DNA of 64,000 nucleotides from an uncultured delta proteobacterium (lineage in GTDB: Bacteria > Myxococcota_A > UBA9160 > UBA4427). The translations under genes were made by a program, and so were the position numbers. Position 1 is the first letter of the stretch. Each line of letters opens with the position of its first letter. The notes beneath the pieces are model-generated. The model saw only the letters and a program-made list of their open reading frames with translations. It had not been told where the DNA came from and ran no database searches. The DNA is taken from contig CAWGJT010000005.1 of NCBI GenBank assembly GCA_963822965.1, positions 1,376,001-1,440,000 of the forward strand. The letters are read 5' to 3'. Shown here piece by piece: positions 61,945-64,000 of the stretch.

Positions 61945-62443
61945 GAGGATAGGACGGACAACTCGCGTTCTTGGCGAAGGTCCGAGTAGGAGCCTTATGT
62001 CAATCGCCCTCCGGGATCCCGGCGGCGGGACGATTTCAAGCTGCGGAAGCGGTGGTTTGGCGCCCGGAGCGGCTCAGCGGGGATCTCGAGGCGAGCGGGA
62101 GTCCACGGGGTATGGGTGAGGCCGATGCCAGGGGCACCGTTCGGACCTGCTACCAGGGATCGGCGAAGGCTGGGGTCTGATCGAAGTCGTCGTCCGTGAG
62201 ATCCCCCTCGACTCGCACGACGCCCGCGCTCGCCGGGGGTGCCGGCGGGGCGCGGGCAGGCAGGTCCAGGCATGCCAGGATCTTCGAAGTCCCCTCCGGG
62301 TCTTCGATCGCGGCGAGCAAGCGCAGGCGAGCACCGCACTGTGGACAGCGAAGCGCGTCCCCGCCGCCCGCCACCCGCAGGGGTTTGACATAAGGCTCCT
62401 ACTCGGACCTTCGCCAAGAACGCGACTTGTCCGTCCTATCCTC
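61945..62443. mobile_element. mini IS91-like unit: transposase C-terminal remnant (62150-62358, minus strand) between two inverted repeat copies (61945-62030, 62359-62443)
   Basis: LRCPQCGARLRLLAAIEDPE...FDQTPAFADPW; homologous to 4494-4915. Confidence 0.85.
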
Positions 62444-62701
62444 GGCCGTCCGGGAACCACTCGAGACCGGCGCGCGCACGCGAATGCCAACCTGCCATCT
62501 CCGCTTCGCTTGCCTTCAAGGACGACCCTCATGCCCTCGGCGGCTTCGTTCAACGTCAAGCAGGCTTGCACCCCAAGCCGGTCGCGAACGACGGCAACAA
62601 AGAGGCTCTCGGGCGGGTTCACACAAATTTCTGTTGCAATCGATCTGACGTCCTGCTATCGGAAAAGTGTCTTTTCCCTCCGGTGTCGAGAGGATTCCGC
62701 T

Positions 62702-63103
62702 ATGGCGAACGATCGTTTCACTGCCGATGAAACCCGCAAGCTGGCAGTCGTCATCGCCCGGGTCTGGGCCGACCCGCAGCTTGCGCAGACCTACGCGAAG
62801 AGCCCAGAGGCCGTCCTGAGCGGTGCCGGCCTCAACCTCGGCGGTCGTGCAGCTCCCGAAATCCCGGAGAAGCCCGCCGAGCTCTCCGCCCAGCGCGCAG
62901 TCGGCGGCGCCTCGCTCTCCAGCGCCAGCAGCATCAGCTGTGCGACCTGTCCATGCAGCGGCTGCACCGCATCTTGTGCGTGCGCCCAGCTTCAAGACAT
63001 GCGACCGCATCTCGATGCCATGATGAAACTCGCCGAGGAACCGGCGGGGCGCGAGCAAGCGCGGAAGATGATGGCCAACTGGGAAATCAAGCTGTCTCAG
63101 TAG
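62702..63103 (+). CDS. NHLP/TOMM-type RiPP precursor peptide
   Basis: Nitrile-hydratase-like leader (IARVWADP...PEAVL), GG motif, Ser/Cys-rich core SSASSISCATCPCSGCTASCAC. Confidence 0.75.
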   Translation: MANDRFTADETRKLAVVIARVWADPQLAQTYAKSPEAVLSGAGLNLGGRAAPEIPEKPAELSAQRAVGGASLSSASSISCATCPCSGCTASCACAQLQDMRPHLDAMMKLAEEPAGREQARKMMANWEIKLSQ

Positions 63104-63116
63104 GCCGGTACCGAAC

Positions 63117-64000
63117 TTGCCGGACACCGCCGAGGGCGCTACCGAGCGGGTGCAGACGGAAGCGCTGGCGTTTCTGAAGGATCCGGAACGCCGGCGCCAT
63201 TGGCGCAGCTTCTACGAGCTCGCTCATGCCGTGCCACCGGTATTCCTCGGGCACAAGGAGTGGTTGCTTGCCGGCCGCGACGACGTTCTCGCGGCGATGC
63301 GGGACGAAGGCGCGGAACTGACTGCCCTCTATCCAGCGACGCTCTCGCCGAGCCTCAACGAGCTCTTCCTCGGCATGCTGCCTTTCGAAAGCGGTGCGGA
63401 CCATCGCCGGCTGCGATCGCTGATACGGTCGCTGTTCTCCGTTGGGGCGATGTCGCGATTGCAGGACCATCTTTCCGACCTGATGGACGAGCTTCTCTAC
63501 CCCGCCGTGTTCGAGGCGGAAGGGTGCGATGTCCTCGCCACGCTCGGCGTCCGCGTGCCGGAGGCGGTTTCATGCTTGCTTCTGGATGTCATGCCCGTCG
63601 ACCGGGACGCGATCGGATCCTGGTCGCGGACGATGTACAAGCAACTGGGGCGCTACGACCAATCGGAAGACGAGATCCGAGAGGCGGAGGCAGCGTATCG
63701 TGATTTCAGCGCGTACGTACGGCGCCGGATGGGGGGGAGAGTGGGGCGAGGTACGGCGGTGTCGGCGAAGCGCTTCTCGCTGCATGGCGCAACGGCGATC
63801 TCGATCACGCGCAGCTGCTGTCCTACTTCGCTCTCTTCCTGCTTACGGGGCTGGACACGCTGACCTATGCGATCGGCAACTCCCTGTGGTTCCTTGGAAA
63901 CTCGCCCGAGGTCTTTGCCACGCTTCGACGCTCCCCCGACCTGGTCGACACGGCGTTTGCCGAAGCGATGAGGCTGTGGGGGCCGATCCGGCTCTGCGTG
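63117..64000 (+). CDS. cytochrome P450, partial, with frameshift near 63731-63750
   Basis: DHRRLRSLI; the shifted frame gives LLTGLDT (I-helix) and EAMR (ExxR). Confidence 0.8.

Overview
GC-rich bacterial window. PEP-CTERM-type proteins and gene content suggest Myxococcota or a related lineage, but this is inference. Most of the window is a patchwork of unrelated, often truncated gene segments: arsenic resistance, DUF1254, EPS/glycosyltransferases, tRNA-Thr, a V4R/cysteine desulfurase cluster, a decaheme cytochrome module, a P-type ATPase, an igr-like steroid side-chain operon, a Septu-like SIR2-ATPase/HNH locus, and an NHLP RiPP precursor plus P450. Many segment junctions fall at copies of one ~80-bp element (about 19 full, partial or degenerate copies, both orientations). 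This element is the terminal (oriIS-like) end of an IS91-family rolling-circle transposon and carries a central dif/Xer-like site whose left and right halves are shuffled between copies. Four IS110-family elements insert at one precise position of this repeat, and the full-length copy has a bridge-RNA-like loop with guides matching that target. Main hypothesis: a portable recombination site, mobilised by an HUH transposase, that assembles captured DNA into an array. Misassembly at the repeats is the main alternative and cannot be excluded from sequence alone.
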